A stretch of DNA of 64,000 bases, from NCBI GenBank assembly GCA_039588295.1, contig JBDHAB010000007.1, forward strand, positions 128,001 through 192,000, read 5' to 3'. Of this stretch, positions 30,710 through 39,475 are shown piece by piece; position 1 is the first letter of the stretch, and every line of letters starts with the position of its first letter. Below the pieces are notes generated by a model that worked only from the letters and a program-made list of their open reading frames with translations, ran no database searches and was not told where the DNA came from. Source of the DNA: Gemmatimonadota bacterium (GTDB lineage Bacteria; Gemmatimonadota; Gemmatimonadetes; Gemmatimonadales; GWC2-71-9). The position numbers were made by a program, and so were the translations under genes.

Positions 30710-32722
30710 ATGCCCTTCCTCCGGTTCACCGAGTTGGTCAGCGGCGACTCTTACGAGTTCCATGTCACCGTTGTCCGCATCGGTCGCGATCCCGCGAATG
30801 ACGTGACGCCCGCGGGTGCGGGCAGCGAAGTCGTGTCCGGTCGGCACTGTCGGTTCCGCTTCCATGATGAACGGTGGTGGCTCGAGGACTTTGGTTCTCG
30901 CAATGGCACCTTTCTCCAGGAGCGCCGCCTCGCGCCCGGCACGCCGCAGCCGCTGTCGCCGGGTAGTGTGATCCGGTTGGGAGCGCGCGGTCCGCAGTTC
31001 CGCATCGAGGCCGTCGAAACACAGCTCGAGGAAACCCTGGTCGAAGATCCGGGTGCGACGACCCCGGTGAGGGCGATCGCTGCCGACCTCCTGCCCGAGC
31101 CCCCGCCGGACGCGCCGCCGAAACCGGAGGCGACGGTGCTGCTGGTCGAGCCACAGAGTGGGGAGACCTACCGGCTGCGCGGGGCACGGATTCGCATCGG
31201 ACGCGGCAAGGAGTGCGAGTTTCAGCCCGTCGGGCCAGACGATACGTCGGTGTCGCGGGTACATGCCGAGATCGTGCTGAAGCCCGATGGCGCGATCGTG
31301 ATTCGGGATGCGCAGAGCCGCAACGGAACCTTCATCGGGGGTACCCGGCTCGTAGGTGAGCGCGAGCTGCAGCCGGGGAACCGCATTCGACTCGGACTCA
31401 AGGGCCCCGAGCTGGCCGTCATGGACGTCGTGGGCCCGGAACCGGCGCCCGCCGCTGCGGGACAGCAGCCGAAGTCCGCGAAGGGTGCCGCCTCGCGAGC
31501 GGCGGAGAAGCTGGGTGCTGTCAGGAGGAGCTTCGGCGGCAAAGGTGCGACGCTGTTCTTTCATCAGCTGTTCCAGGAATCGTCGCGCCGCGCGGCCCGC
31601 CGAATTCGCTGGGTCGCCTGGTCGACCGTGATTGTGCTGACGGTCGCCGTGGGCGGTTTGTACTGGTACAAGGACCGACTCGAGCGGCAATTGCGCTCGC
31701 ACGTTGCGGCTCAGCGGGCGGCTGCCGACTCGATCCGCGAAGCGGCAGCGGCGGAGTACGAACGACTGCGGGTCGCGCTTGCCGAGGCGCGCGCCAGCTC
31801 CGCGCCGCGGGTCGTCGTCGACAGTTTGCGCGCGGCCCTGGACGACGCTGAGGTGCGTACGGCCGCGCTCGAAGTGGCGTTGCGGCGTGCCGAGGCATCA
31901 CTGGCACAGCAGCTTGCCGCCGGGGATTCCCTCCGCAGGGCAGCGCAGGTCGAGCTCGGGCGGCTTCGCAGCGAGCTGGAGCGCGCGAGCGCGACGGGCA
32001 CGCCGCAGTCGCTGCTCGACAGTCTCCGCGTCGCTGTGCAGGAGGCAGAGGATCGCGCCACGGCGATCGCCTCGCAGCTCGAGGCCGTGCGTGGCGGCAA
32101 CCTCGCCACGGTCTCGCAGGCGAATCAAGGCGCGGTCGGTCTGATTACCACGCATGTCGGCCTGGAGGTGTTCGACGGATCGGGCTTTGCCGTTGCCGCG
32201 TCCGGGTACTTCGTCACGAATCGACACGTGATTCAGCCGCATGGTCATCCGCGGGCCGACTCGGTGTTCGTCACGATGGCGGACCAGCGAATAATGCGGG
32301 CAGCCGACATCGTCGGGATCATTGACGAGCCGGGGCCCGATCTGGCCCTGCTCCGCATTCGCAACCACGACGGCTCTCATGTGCCGCGTGTCGACTGGTC
32401 GGGAGCGAACGTTCGGCAAGGTGACCCCGCCGCGCTCATTGGATTCCCCGCGGGCTTTGGCAACGCGATCGACGCGACCGGGACCGTGCGAACGACGATG
32501 ACCGCGGGGATCTTCGCGAAGGTTACCTCGGAAACGATCAACTTCGACGGGTTCACCGTGGGTGGCTCCAGCGGCAGTCCGATTCTCAATGCCAAGGGCG
32601 AGGTCGTGGCGATACACCGCGCGGGGCTGCGTGAGGCGGCGGGCCTCAGCTTCGCCGTACCGATTGGCAAGCTTCTGCCACTCCTGCCGCGAGCGGCGCG
32701 CACGGAGCTGGGTCTACCGTAG
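30710..32722 (+). CDS. FHA-FHA-TM-coiled-coil-trypsin-like serine protease
   Basis: FHA1 is IGRD..VSGRH..SRNGT and FHA2 is IGRG..VSRVH..SRNGT. TM WVAWSTVIVLTVAVGGLYWY, an Ala/Glu/Arg coiled coil, and triad TNRHV / PDLALL / GGSSGSP. Confidence 0.9.
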   Translation: MPFLRFTELVSGDSYEFHVTVVRIGRDPANDVTPAGAGSEVVSGRHCRFRFHDERWWLEDFGSRNGTFLQERRLAPGTPQPLSPGSVIRLGARGPQFRIEAVETQLEETLVEDPGATTPVRAIAADLLPEPPPDAPPKPEATVLLVEPQSGETYRLRGARIRIGRGKECEFQPVGPDDTSVSRVHAEIVLKPDGAIVIRDAQSRNGTFIGGTRLVGERELQPGNRIRLGLKGPELAVMDVVGPEPAPAAAGQQPKSAKGAASRAAEKLGAVRRSFGGKGATLFFHQLFQESSRRAARRIRWVAWSTVIVLTVAVGGLYWYKDRLERQLRSHVAAQRAAADSIREAAAAEYERLRVALAEARASSAPRVVVDSLRAALDDAEVRTAALEVALRRAEASLAQQLAAGDSLRRAAQVELGRLRSELERASATGTPQSLLDSLRVAVQEAEDRATAIASQLEAVRGGNLATVSQANQGAVGLITTHVGLEVFDGSGFAVAASGYFVTNRHVIQPHGHPRADSVFVTMADQRIMRAADIVGIIDEPGPDLALLRIRNHDGSHVPRVDWSGANVRQGDPAALIGFPAGFGNAIDATGTVRTTMTAGIFAKVTSETINFDGFTVGGSSGSPILNAKGEVVAIHRAGLREAAGLSFAVPIGKLLPLLPRAARTELGLP

Positions 32723-32732
32723 GCGCCAAGAC

Positions 32733-35384
32733 GTGACACAAGTCTTCGTCGTGCCGCACACGCATTGGGATCGTGAATGGTACGAGCCAGGCGTGCGGTT
32801 CACGCAGCGACTCGTCGCTGTGCTCGACGAGGTGGTCGCGCTGCTCGAGTCGGGTTCGGGGCTGCCGGTCTTCCTGCTGGACGGGCAGGCGATCCTGGTA
32901 GAGGACTATCTCGCCGTTCGACCGGCACAGCGGGAGCGAATCCGAACCCTGGTGGCCGATGGTAAGCTGCTCATCGGCCCGTGGTACGTGCTCGCGGACG
33001 AACTGCTCTCCGCCGACGAAACGCTCGTGCGGAACCTGCTGATCGGTTCCAAGGTTGCGAGACGACTGGGGAACCAGTTGGCACTTGGCTACAGCCCGGA
33101 TGCGTTCGGCCATCCCGCCGGACTTCCGACGATCCTTGCCGGCTTCGGCATCCCCTATGCGATCGTGTGGCGTGGATACGGCGGGGGTCCAGGACAGAAC
33201 GGCGATCTGTTCCGCTGGATCGGGGTGGATGGGGCGGCGGTGCTCGTACACCACCTTCCCCCTGGGGGATACGAGGTGGGGGCCAACCTTCCTCGCGACA
33301 AGGATCGGCTGCTCGAGCGCTGGACCGAGCTGTGCGACACCCTCGCTCCGCGGGCCGGCGCACGACCGTTGCTGTTGATGAATGGTGCCGACCATCACGG
33401 GGCTCAGCGTGATCTTGCCGAGGTTGTCAACGCGCTCAATCGGATAGCGGGAGACCATCAGTGTCGTATTGCCTCGCCGCTCGAGTACTTCGAGGCGGTG
33501 AAGCACGAGAGTGTTGCGGATGTCTGCGGCGAGCTCCGAGCCTCGAACGGCTACACGTGGACGCTTCAGAGCATCCATTCTTCACGTTGCCGACTCAAGC
33601 AGGCCATCGCAGTGGGGGAACGCCTGCTCCTGCGGTGGGCCGAGCCGCAAGCGGTGCTCGCGATGATCGCCGGTGGCGCGGATCGGCAAGCTCTCCTAGA
33701 CGCGGCCTGGCGGCGCCACCTCCAAAACACGTTCCATGACGTGATCGCCGGGTGCACGAGCGATGCCGTGGCGCGCGCGGCCGAGCAACGAGCGGCGGAC
33801 GTCACCCATGAAGCTCGCGGGATCTTGCTCGATGCACTCCATGACCGGGCAGGGCAGGACCGTGCTCGCGCGAGGCGCGACGAGCCCTCCTGGTCACCGC
33901 ATCTCGTCGTGGTCAATCCATCGGCACACGCGCGTTCCGGCGTGGTGGAGGCCACAGTGACGCTCCCACGGCAACGAGTGGTGGTCGGACGGGCGCGAGG
34001 ACCGGAGAACGGCGGAGTCGCTCCGTGGCCTGCGCCACCCCGGCTCGTGGATGCGGACGGTGTGGCCGTGCCGATGCAGGTGCTCTACGGATACCGTGGG
34101 TACGAGCGGATGGACAGCCCGTTTGACTATCCGCTGCAGGACGAGGTCGCTGCCGTTCGGGTGGCGCTCATGGCGCGAGACGTCCCAGCCCTGGGTCTTC
34201 GAGCGCTCGCCGTGCGGGCGAACGCTGAGAGTCCCTCCGTACAGGAATCCGTTCGGGCGAACGGGCGGGCGCTGACCGGTCCCTGGTGTGACGTCGTCTC
34301 CGATCGCCGTGGGGGCTTCGCGCTCGTCGATCGCGTGCGGGGCACGCGGTATCCGGCGTTGGCGACGGTCATGAGCGAGCGAGACGCTGGTGATCTCTAC
34401 ACGCATCAACCGGAGCCCAACGCGCGGCCCCAATGGGCCGCCTGGGGGAACGTCCGTCGGGTGTGGGGCGGACCGCTGATCGCGTCGCTGGCGCGAGACT
34501 TCCACATCGGCGGACGGGTGCGGGGGACGATGTACGCACGACTCGATGCGGGCTCGCGCCTCGTCCGATTCGTGGTCGAGGGACGCAACGACCAAGGCGA
34601 TCACCGTTTGCGAGTCGTCTTTCCCAGTCCACGTGCACGCGGCACGCGGGCCGTCGCCGACATGCACTACGGTCCGGTCGCGCGTGACCGATACGATTGG
34701 TCCGCGGACGAGCACCCACTGGAGTGGCCTGTCGATACCGCGCCGATGCATCGCTACGTGAGTGTGGCGGAGGGCCTCACGGTCTTTGCCCGGGGGCTCT
34801 ATGAGTACGAGCTGCTGCGGAACGGCGCGATTGCCATCACGCTCTTCCGCGCCGTTGACAATCTCTCGCGCGACGATCTTCCAGCCCGACCGGGGCACGC
34901 TGGGTGGCCGGTACCCACACCGGATGCCGGAGAACGCGGGGTGTTCCGCGCCGAGCTGGCGATCGCGACGATGGGCATCGAACTGGGCAGCTCGGTGGCC
35001 CAGTGGGACGAGCTCGAGCGCCTCAGTGAAGAGTTTCACGCACCCATGGCGGGGTGGATGATCCGGCATGGTGTCGCTGTGCCGAAACGGGTACAGGGAC
35101 CGGAACTCAGCGGTGATGGGCTCGTGCTCAAATCTGTGAAGCGGAGTGAGTCGGGCGGGGCAATCGTCTTGCGAGTGGCCAATCCTGTGAATGCCCCGGT
35201 GTCCGGCCGCTGGACCTGTCCGTTCGCCATCAAACAGGTCCGCCGAGTCCGCCTCGACGAGACCCCGTGTCCCGAGCAACTGGTCGAGGTGGCGGGCAAT
35301 CAGATCGAGTTCGTGGCGGCACCCGGCGAGGTCGTGACACTCGTGGTGGAACCGGCGCTTGAACCGATCGCCTCGCAAGCCTAG
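32733..35384 (+). CDS. Glycoside hydrolase family 38 alpha-mannosidase (MngB-like, cytoplasmic)
   Basis: PHTHWDREWY, LDGQ, IGPWYVLADE, nucleophile PDAFGH, MNGADH and FHDVIAGC. No signal peptide. Confidence 0.93.
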   Translation: MTQVFVVPHTHWDREWYEPGVRFTQRLVAVLDEVVALLESGSGLPVFLLDGQAILVEDYLAVRPAQRERIRTLVADGKLLIGPWYVLADELLSADETLVRNLLIGSKVARRLGNQLALGYSPDAFGHPAGLPTILAGFGIPYAIVWRGYGGGPGQNGDLFRWIGVDGAAVLVHHLPPGGYEVGANLPRDKDRLLERWTELCDTLAPRAGARPLLLMNGADHHGAQRDLAEVVNALNRIAGDHQCRIASPLEYFEAVKHESVADVCGELRASNGYTWTLQSIHSSRCRLKQAIAVGERLLLRWAEPQAVLAMIAGGADRQALLDAAWRRHLQNTFHDVIAGCTSDAVARAAEQRAADVTHEARGILLDALHDRAGQDRARARRDEPSWSPHLVVVNPSAHARSGVVEATVTLPRQRVVVGRARGPENGGVAPWPAPPRLVDADGVAVPMQVLYGYRGYERMDSPFDYPLQDEVAAVRVALMARDVPALGLRALAVRANAESPSVQESVRANGRALTGPWCDVVSDRRGGFALVDRVRGTRYPALATVMSERDAGDLYTHQPEPNARPQWAAWGNVRRVWGGPLIASLARDFHIGGRVRGTMYARLDAGSRLVRFVVEGRNDQGDHRLRVVFPSPRARGTRAVADMHYGPVARDRYDWSADEHPLEWPVDTAPMHRYVSVAEGLTVFARGLYEYELLRNGAIAITLFRAVDNLSRDDLPARPGHAGWPVPTPDAGERGVFRAELAIATMGIELGSSVAQWDELERLSEEFHAPMAGWMIRHGVAVPKRVQGPELSGDGLVLKSVKRSESGGAIVLRVANPVNAPVSGRWTCPFAIKQVRRVRLDETPCPEQLVEVAGNQIEFVAAPGEVVTLVVEPALEPIASQA

Positions 35385-35464
35385 TGTGAACGACGGGTTA
35401 CTGGAACTCGAGTCTTCACACCCCATTGGCGCTCGCTGTCGTGCGAGCGCCCACGAGGTGCGTC

Positions 35465-35968
35465 ATGCGTTCTGAGACCAAGGCAATCCTGACCGGTGGG
35501 ATGTTCGCGGGACTCCTCGGCTATGCGACGGTGGTGATCCTGTTCGCATTGCTCAACGCGCTGGCGGGACGGTCGCTGTTTCACACGCCCGCCATGTTTG
35601 GCGGGGCGTTGTTCTACGGACTCGACGACCCGGCAACCCTGCAAATCGCGCCGGGACCGGTGTTGTCGTACAACATGGTGCATGTGCTCGCGTTCGTGGC
35701 GGCGGGGCTGTTTGCCTCTTGGCTCGTTGCGAAGGCCGAGAAGTATCCCGTTGCGCGCTTCATCATCCTCTTCGTCCTGATCTTCGTTGCGGCTCACATT
35801 TACGCGGCCCTGCTCGTGTTTGCGCGCCCGCTCCTGGCAGGTTCGGCTTGGTGGGAAATTGGTGTGGTGAGTCTATCGGCCATGCTCGTGATGGGATGGT
35901 ACCTGCTGCGTCAGCACCCGCTACTCCGTCGTCAGCTGAGAACGATCCCGCTCGGCGATGAAGAGTAG
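35465..35968 (+). CDS. Hypothetical 4-TM membrane protein
   Basis: RBS GAGGTG before ATG 35465; four hydrophobic helices. Confidence 0.75.
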   Translation: MRSETKAILTGGMFAGLLGYATVVILFALLNALAGRSLFHTPAMFGGALFYGLDDPATLQIAPGPVLSYNMVHVLAFVAAGLFASWLVAKAEKYPVARFIILFVLIFVAAHIYAALLVFARPLLAGSAWWEIGVVSLSAMLVMGWYLLRQHPLLRRQLRTIPLGDEE

Positions 35969-36007
35969 CCGGCGGTGGGGCAGTGTCCTGCGCAGGCACC
36001 CACTCCG

Positions 36008-36895
36008 CTAGTCCGTCCCGGTCGCCGTGACGACGGACCCGGCAGCTGACCGCCTGGTCGTCGGATCGAGGAGATCCCGTAACCCGTCGCCCAGGAGGTT
36101 GCAGCCTACGACGGTGAGTGCGATGGCGAGCCCCGGAAACGTGGCGATCCACCAGGCATTGACGAGTGCGTCACGGCCGTTCGCGATCATGCTGCCCCAC
36201 GATGGGGCCGGCGCGGGGACACCCAGCCCCAGAAACGAGAGCCCGGCTTCGAGCATGATCGCGTTGCCTACGCCGAGCGCGGCTGCGACGATCAGTGGTG
36301 TGAGCGCGTTTGGCACGAGATGACGTCGAATCAATCGCCACCGCCCGATGCCGGTTGCCCTGGCCGCGGTGACGAACGGGCGTGCCATGACGCCCTTCAC
36401 TTCCGCGCGCGCCAGGCGTGAGATGCTCATCCATCCCGTCAGTCCGAGGACGAGCACCACGAGCGCGAGACTGCGCTCCCACAGCGTCACGAGCGCGAGC
36501 AGCAACACGATACGCGGCATCGCGAGTGCTGCGTCCGTGATCGCCATGAGCACTCGCTCCGTCATCCCCCCCACCACGGCCGATACGATGCCGATGCTAC
36601 CGCCCAACACGACGGAGACGGCCACGGCGCAGATGCCCACGATGAGCGAGATCCGCGCACCAAAGACCAGCCGTGAGAACACGTCGCGGCCCAAGGCATC
36701 GGTGCCGAGGAGGTGTGTCGTGCCGTCAGACCCGACGCTGAAGGGGGCGAGAAACCGTGTGGCCAGGATGTTCCCTTGCTGTGTTGGATCGGCCGGGGCG
36801 ACGGCCGGCGCCAGGAGAGCGAGGAGGATCAGTACCGCCAGGATCGTGATCCCGGTGACCGTGCGGCCGTCCGACCACAAGCGGTTGGGCGTCAC
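36008..36895 (-). CDS. Peptide/nickel ABC transporter permease (OppC/DppC-like)
   Basis: HLLGTDALGRDVFSRL, RHLVPN, EAGLSFLGLG and PSWG. The GTG start overlaps the oppB-like stop. Confidence 0.93.
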   Translation of the reverse strand: MTPNRLWSDGRTVTGITILAVLILLALLAPAVAPADPTQQGNILATRFLAPFSVGSDGTTHLLGTDALGRDVFSRLVFGARISLIVGICAVAVSVVLGGSIGIVSAVVGGMTERVLMAITDAALAMPRIVLLLALVTLWERSLALVVLVLGLTGWMSISRLARAEVKGVMARPFVTAARATGIGRWRLIRRHLVPNALTPLIVAAALGVGNAIMLEAGLSFLGLGVPAPAPSWGSMIANGRDALVNAWWIATFPGLAIALTVVGCNLLGDGLRDLLDPTTRRSAAGSVVTATGTD

Positions 36896-37887
36896 GGCGT
36901 GCCGCGCCGGAGACGGGGGTCCGCAGCGGTGTACAACACGTCTGCCAGTATATTGCCGACGACGACCAGCACGGCGAAGGTCGCGGTCGTGGCCATGACG
37001 ACGGGGTAATCTCGTGCTCCTACCGCGTCGACCATCACGCGGCCCATGCCGGGCCAGGCGAAGATCACCTCGACGAACACCGTGCCCGAGAAGAGTGCCG
37101 GTAAGGAGAGCCCCAACAGCGTAATGATCGGGAGGAGTGCATTCCGCAGCACGTGGCGTCCCTCCACGATGGTCGGGTGAAGACCCTTGGCGCGGGCGGT
37201 TCGCACAAACGCGTGCCCTCGGACATCGAGAACCGCGCCGCGGGCGAACCGCGCGGCGCCCGCCGCGCCGATGGCGGACAGCGTGACGAGCGGCAACGCG
37301 AGGTGCCGGAGACGGTCGACGAGGCGCTCCCAGGGGGTGAGAAACTGGGCGTCGAGGCCGGCGACACCGAGTGCAGGGAACTGGAGCCACGCTGGCCAGC
37401 CCAGGCGCGCTGCGGTATAGCTGAAGACGAGGACCAGCATGATGGCCAGCCAGTATGCGGGCATGCCGTACACCAACAAGGTTCCGACGGTCAGTCCGGT
37501 ATCGACGGCGGTCCGTCGCCGCGCGGCCTGAACCGCGCCGATTACGACGCCGACGAGGTAGGTTAGGAGCAGTGAACAGCCAGACAGGAGCACGGTGTGG
37601 GGGAGTGCGTCGAGGATCACCCGTACCACGGGCCGCTGTTGCGAGAAACTCGTCCCCCAGTCGCCCTGTGCGAAGCTGACGAGCCATGCCACGTATCGGG
37701 AGATGATTGGCCGATCGAGCCCCAACGCGCGGCGGGCCGCCGCTAACTGCTCCGCTCCAGCCCCCGGGGCTACCCAGAGCCTCGCGGGATCGCCGGGAGT
37801 GAGGCTGACGAGGAGGAAGGTGATGGTCACGACGGCGAAGACGATGCCGACGCCGAACGCGAAGCGCTTTCCGACCTGACGGATCAT
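36892..37887 (-). CDS. Peptide/nickel ABC transporter permease (OppB/DppB-like)
   Basis: PGDPA, LGLDRP, GDWGTS, RTARAKGL, HVLRNALLP, EVIFAWPGMG and RDYPVV. Confidence 0.95.
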   Translation of the reverse strand: MIRQVGKRFAFGVGIVFAVVTITFLLVSLTPGDPARLWVAPGAGAEQLAAARRALGLDRPIISRYVAWLVSFAQGDWGTSFSQQRPVVRVILDALPHTVLLSGCSLLLTYLVGVVIGAVQAARRRTAVDTGLTVGTLLVYGMPAYWLAIMLVLVFSYTAARLGWPAWLQFPALGVAGLDAQFLTPWERLVDRLRHLALPLVTLSAIGAAGAARFARGAVLDVRGHAFVRTARAKGLHPTIVEGRHVLRNALLPIITLLGLSLPALFSGTVFVEVIFAWPGMGRVMVDAVGARDYPVVMATTATFAVLVVVGNILADVLYTAADPRLRRGTP

Positions 37888-39475
37888 GCGCTACTCTCGC
37901 GTTGTTGCCACCGTGGCGTCAACCCTTTCGCTCTTCCTGACGGCGTCGTGCCACGTCGGCGCCGGGCCGGGACGCCGCGGCACGGTGATCTACGCCTCCG
38001 GGTCGGACCTACAGTCCATCAATCCCCTTATCGCCGTCCATCCCCTCGCCAAGGCGGTGCAGAAGCACCTCTTGTTCCTGACGTTGGCCACCTATGACTC
38101 GACCATGCAGCCGATGCCCCGGCTGGCGTCGTGGCAGTGGCATGGTGGCCGCACAGCTCTCGTATTTCACGTCCGGCAGGATGTGTGGTGGCACGACGGC
38201 ATCAAGACCAGCGCCGCGGACGTCGCGTGGACGCTCGACATGGCGCGCGCGCCGGAAGTCGCGTACCCCCGCGCCCGCGACTTCGCCGATGTGCTTGCCG
38301 TGACACAATTGGATTCGTTTTCGGTCGAGATTCGATTTCGTAACGGGCAGCCGGTGTTCCCCGATGTGTTCACGGATATCGCCATTCTCCCGGCACACCG
38401 GTTCCGCGGAACGGAAGCGACCGCGATCCGTCGGGCGCCGTTCAACGCACACCCCGTGGGCAACGGGCCGTTCGAGTTCGTGGAGTATCTCCCTCGGCAG
38501 CGGTGGGTCTTTCGCCGGCACAGTGGCTTTCCCATCGAGCTCGGTACACCGCAGATCGAACGGTTTGTGATTACGGTCGTGGACGAGCCCGCTACCAAGC
38601 TGGCGGCCCTGACGTCGGGCGAGTTGGACTTTGCCGGGATCAGTCCTGCCCACGCCACGTTCGTGCGCGACGACAAGCGCCTTCGCGCGGTCGACTTCCC
38701 GGTACTCTTTGTGTACGCCGTGATCTGGAATCTTCGACGGGAGCCGTTTACCGACGTGCGGGTACGTCGGGCGCTAACCCAGGCGCTGGATCGGCAGCTG
38801 ATCGTCGATGCCTACCTCTACGGTTTCGGCGCCGTTGCGGATGGGCCGGTCCCGCCCGAGCATCCGTGGTTCGTGAAGCCGGTCGCGGTGCCGCATGACC
38901 CGGCAGGAGCGGCACGAGCGCTCGAACGAATCGGTTGGCGACTCGGACCAGATGGGATTCGGCAGAAGGACGGACGGCGTCTAGCGTTCGATCTCCTCAC
39001 GGTGGGGAGCGGAGACAACGCGCTCGAACAGATGATCCAAGCCCAGTTGCACCAAGTCGGAGTCGAGGTCACGATCCGGCAACGGGAGCTGGGGTCGTTT
39101 CTCTCCACGGTACAGGGATCCGCACGCGACTTCGATGCGATTGTCACCGGGATTCCTGGGGATCTCTCTCTCAGTTACGTGCTCGCGATGTTCGACGGCC
39201 GGGACGCCGGCCCGCTGGCCTACCCCGGCTTGCAGAGCGGTGCCTTCGAGGCCGCCGCCGATGCCGTGCGCGACGCTCAGAATGCCGCGGAGCTGGAACA
39301 TGCCTGGTCTCGGGTGCAGACGATCCTCGTGGAGGAGCACCCGACGACCTGGCTCTACCACGCCCGTGGCCTGCAAGGTATGAGCAATCGCGTGCGCGCT
39401 CCGGCGACCGATTTGCGCGGTGAGCTCGCCAGCGTGGCGCGATGGACCATCGTCGAGACGGAGCGGGATCCGTGA
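37886..39475 (+). CDS. ABC substrate-binding lipoprotein, family 5 (OppA/DppA-like)
   Basis: Lipobox LTASC, WHDG...DVAWT, PVGNGPF, GELD and DVRVRRAL. Confidence 0.92.
   Translation: MRYSRVVATVASTLSLFLTASCHVGAGPGRRGTVIYASGSDLQSINPLIAVHPLAKAVQKHLLFLTLATYDSTMQPMPRLASWQWHGGRTALVFHVRQDVWWHDGIKTSAADVAWTLDMARAPEVAYPRARDFADVLAVTQLDSFSVEIRFRNGQPVFPDVFTDIAILPAHRFRGTEATAIRRAPFNAHPVGNGPFEFVEYLPRQRWVFRRHSGFPIELGTPQIERFVITVVDEPATKLAALTSGELDFAGISPAHATFVRDDKRLRAVDFPVLFVYAVIWNLRREPFTDVRVRRALTQALDRQLIVDAYLYGFGAVADGPVPPEHPWFVKPVAVPHDPAGAARALERIGWRLGPDGIRQKDGRRLAFDLLTVGSGDNALEQMIQAQLHQVGVEVTIRQRELGSFLSTVQGSARDFDAIVTGIPGDLSLSYVLAMFDGRDAGPLAYPGLQSGAFEAAADAVRDAQNAAELEHAWSRVQTILVEEHPTTWLYHARGLQGMSNRVRAPATDLRGELASVARWTIVETERDP

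Noticed and set aside
35428..35451. Perfect 9-bp hairpin GGCGCTCGC-N6-GCGAGCGCC after GH38
   Set aside because: There is no U-tract and I saw no second copy in the window, so it cannot be called a terminator or REP element.
36896..37687. 559-aa ORF suggesting a long N-terminal extension on the OppC-like permease
   Set aside because: The extension overlaps the oppB-like gene out of frame and is Arg/Pro-rich noise. The real start is GTG 36895, coupled to the oppB stop.
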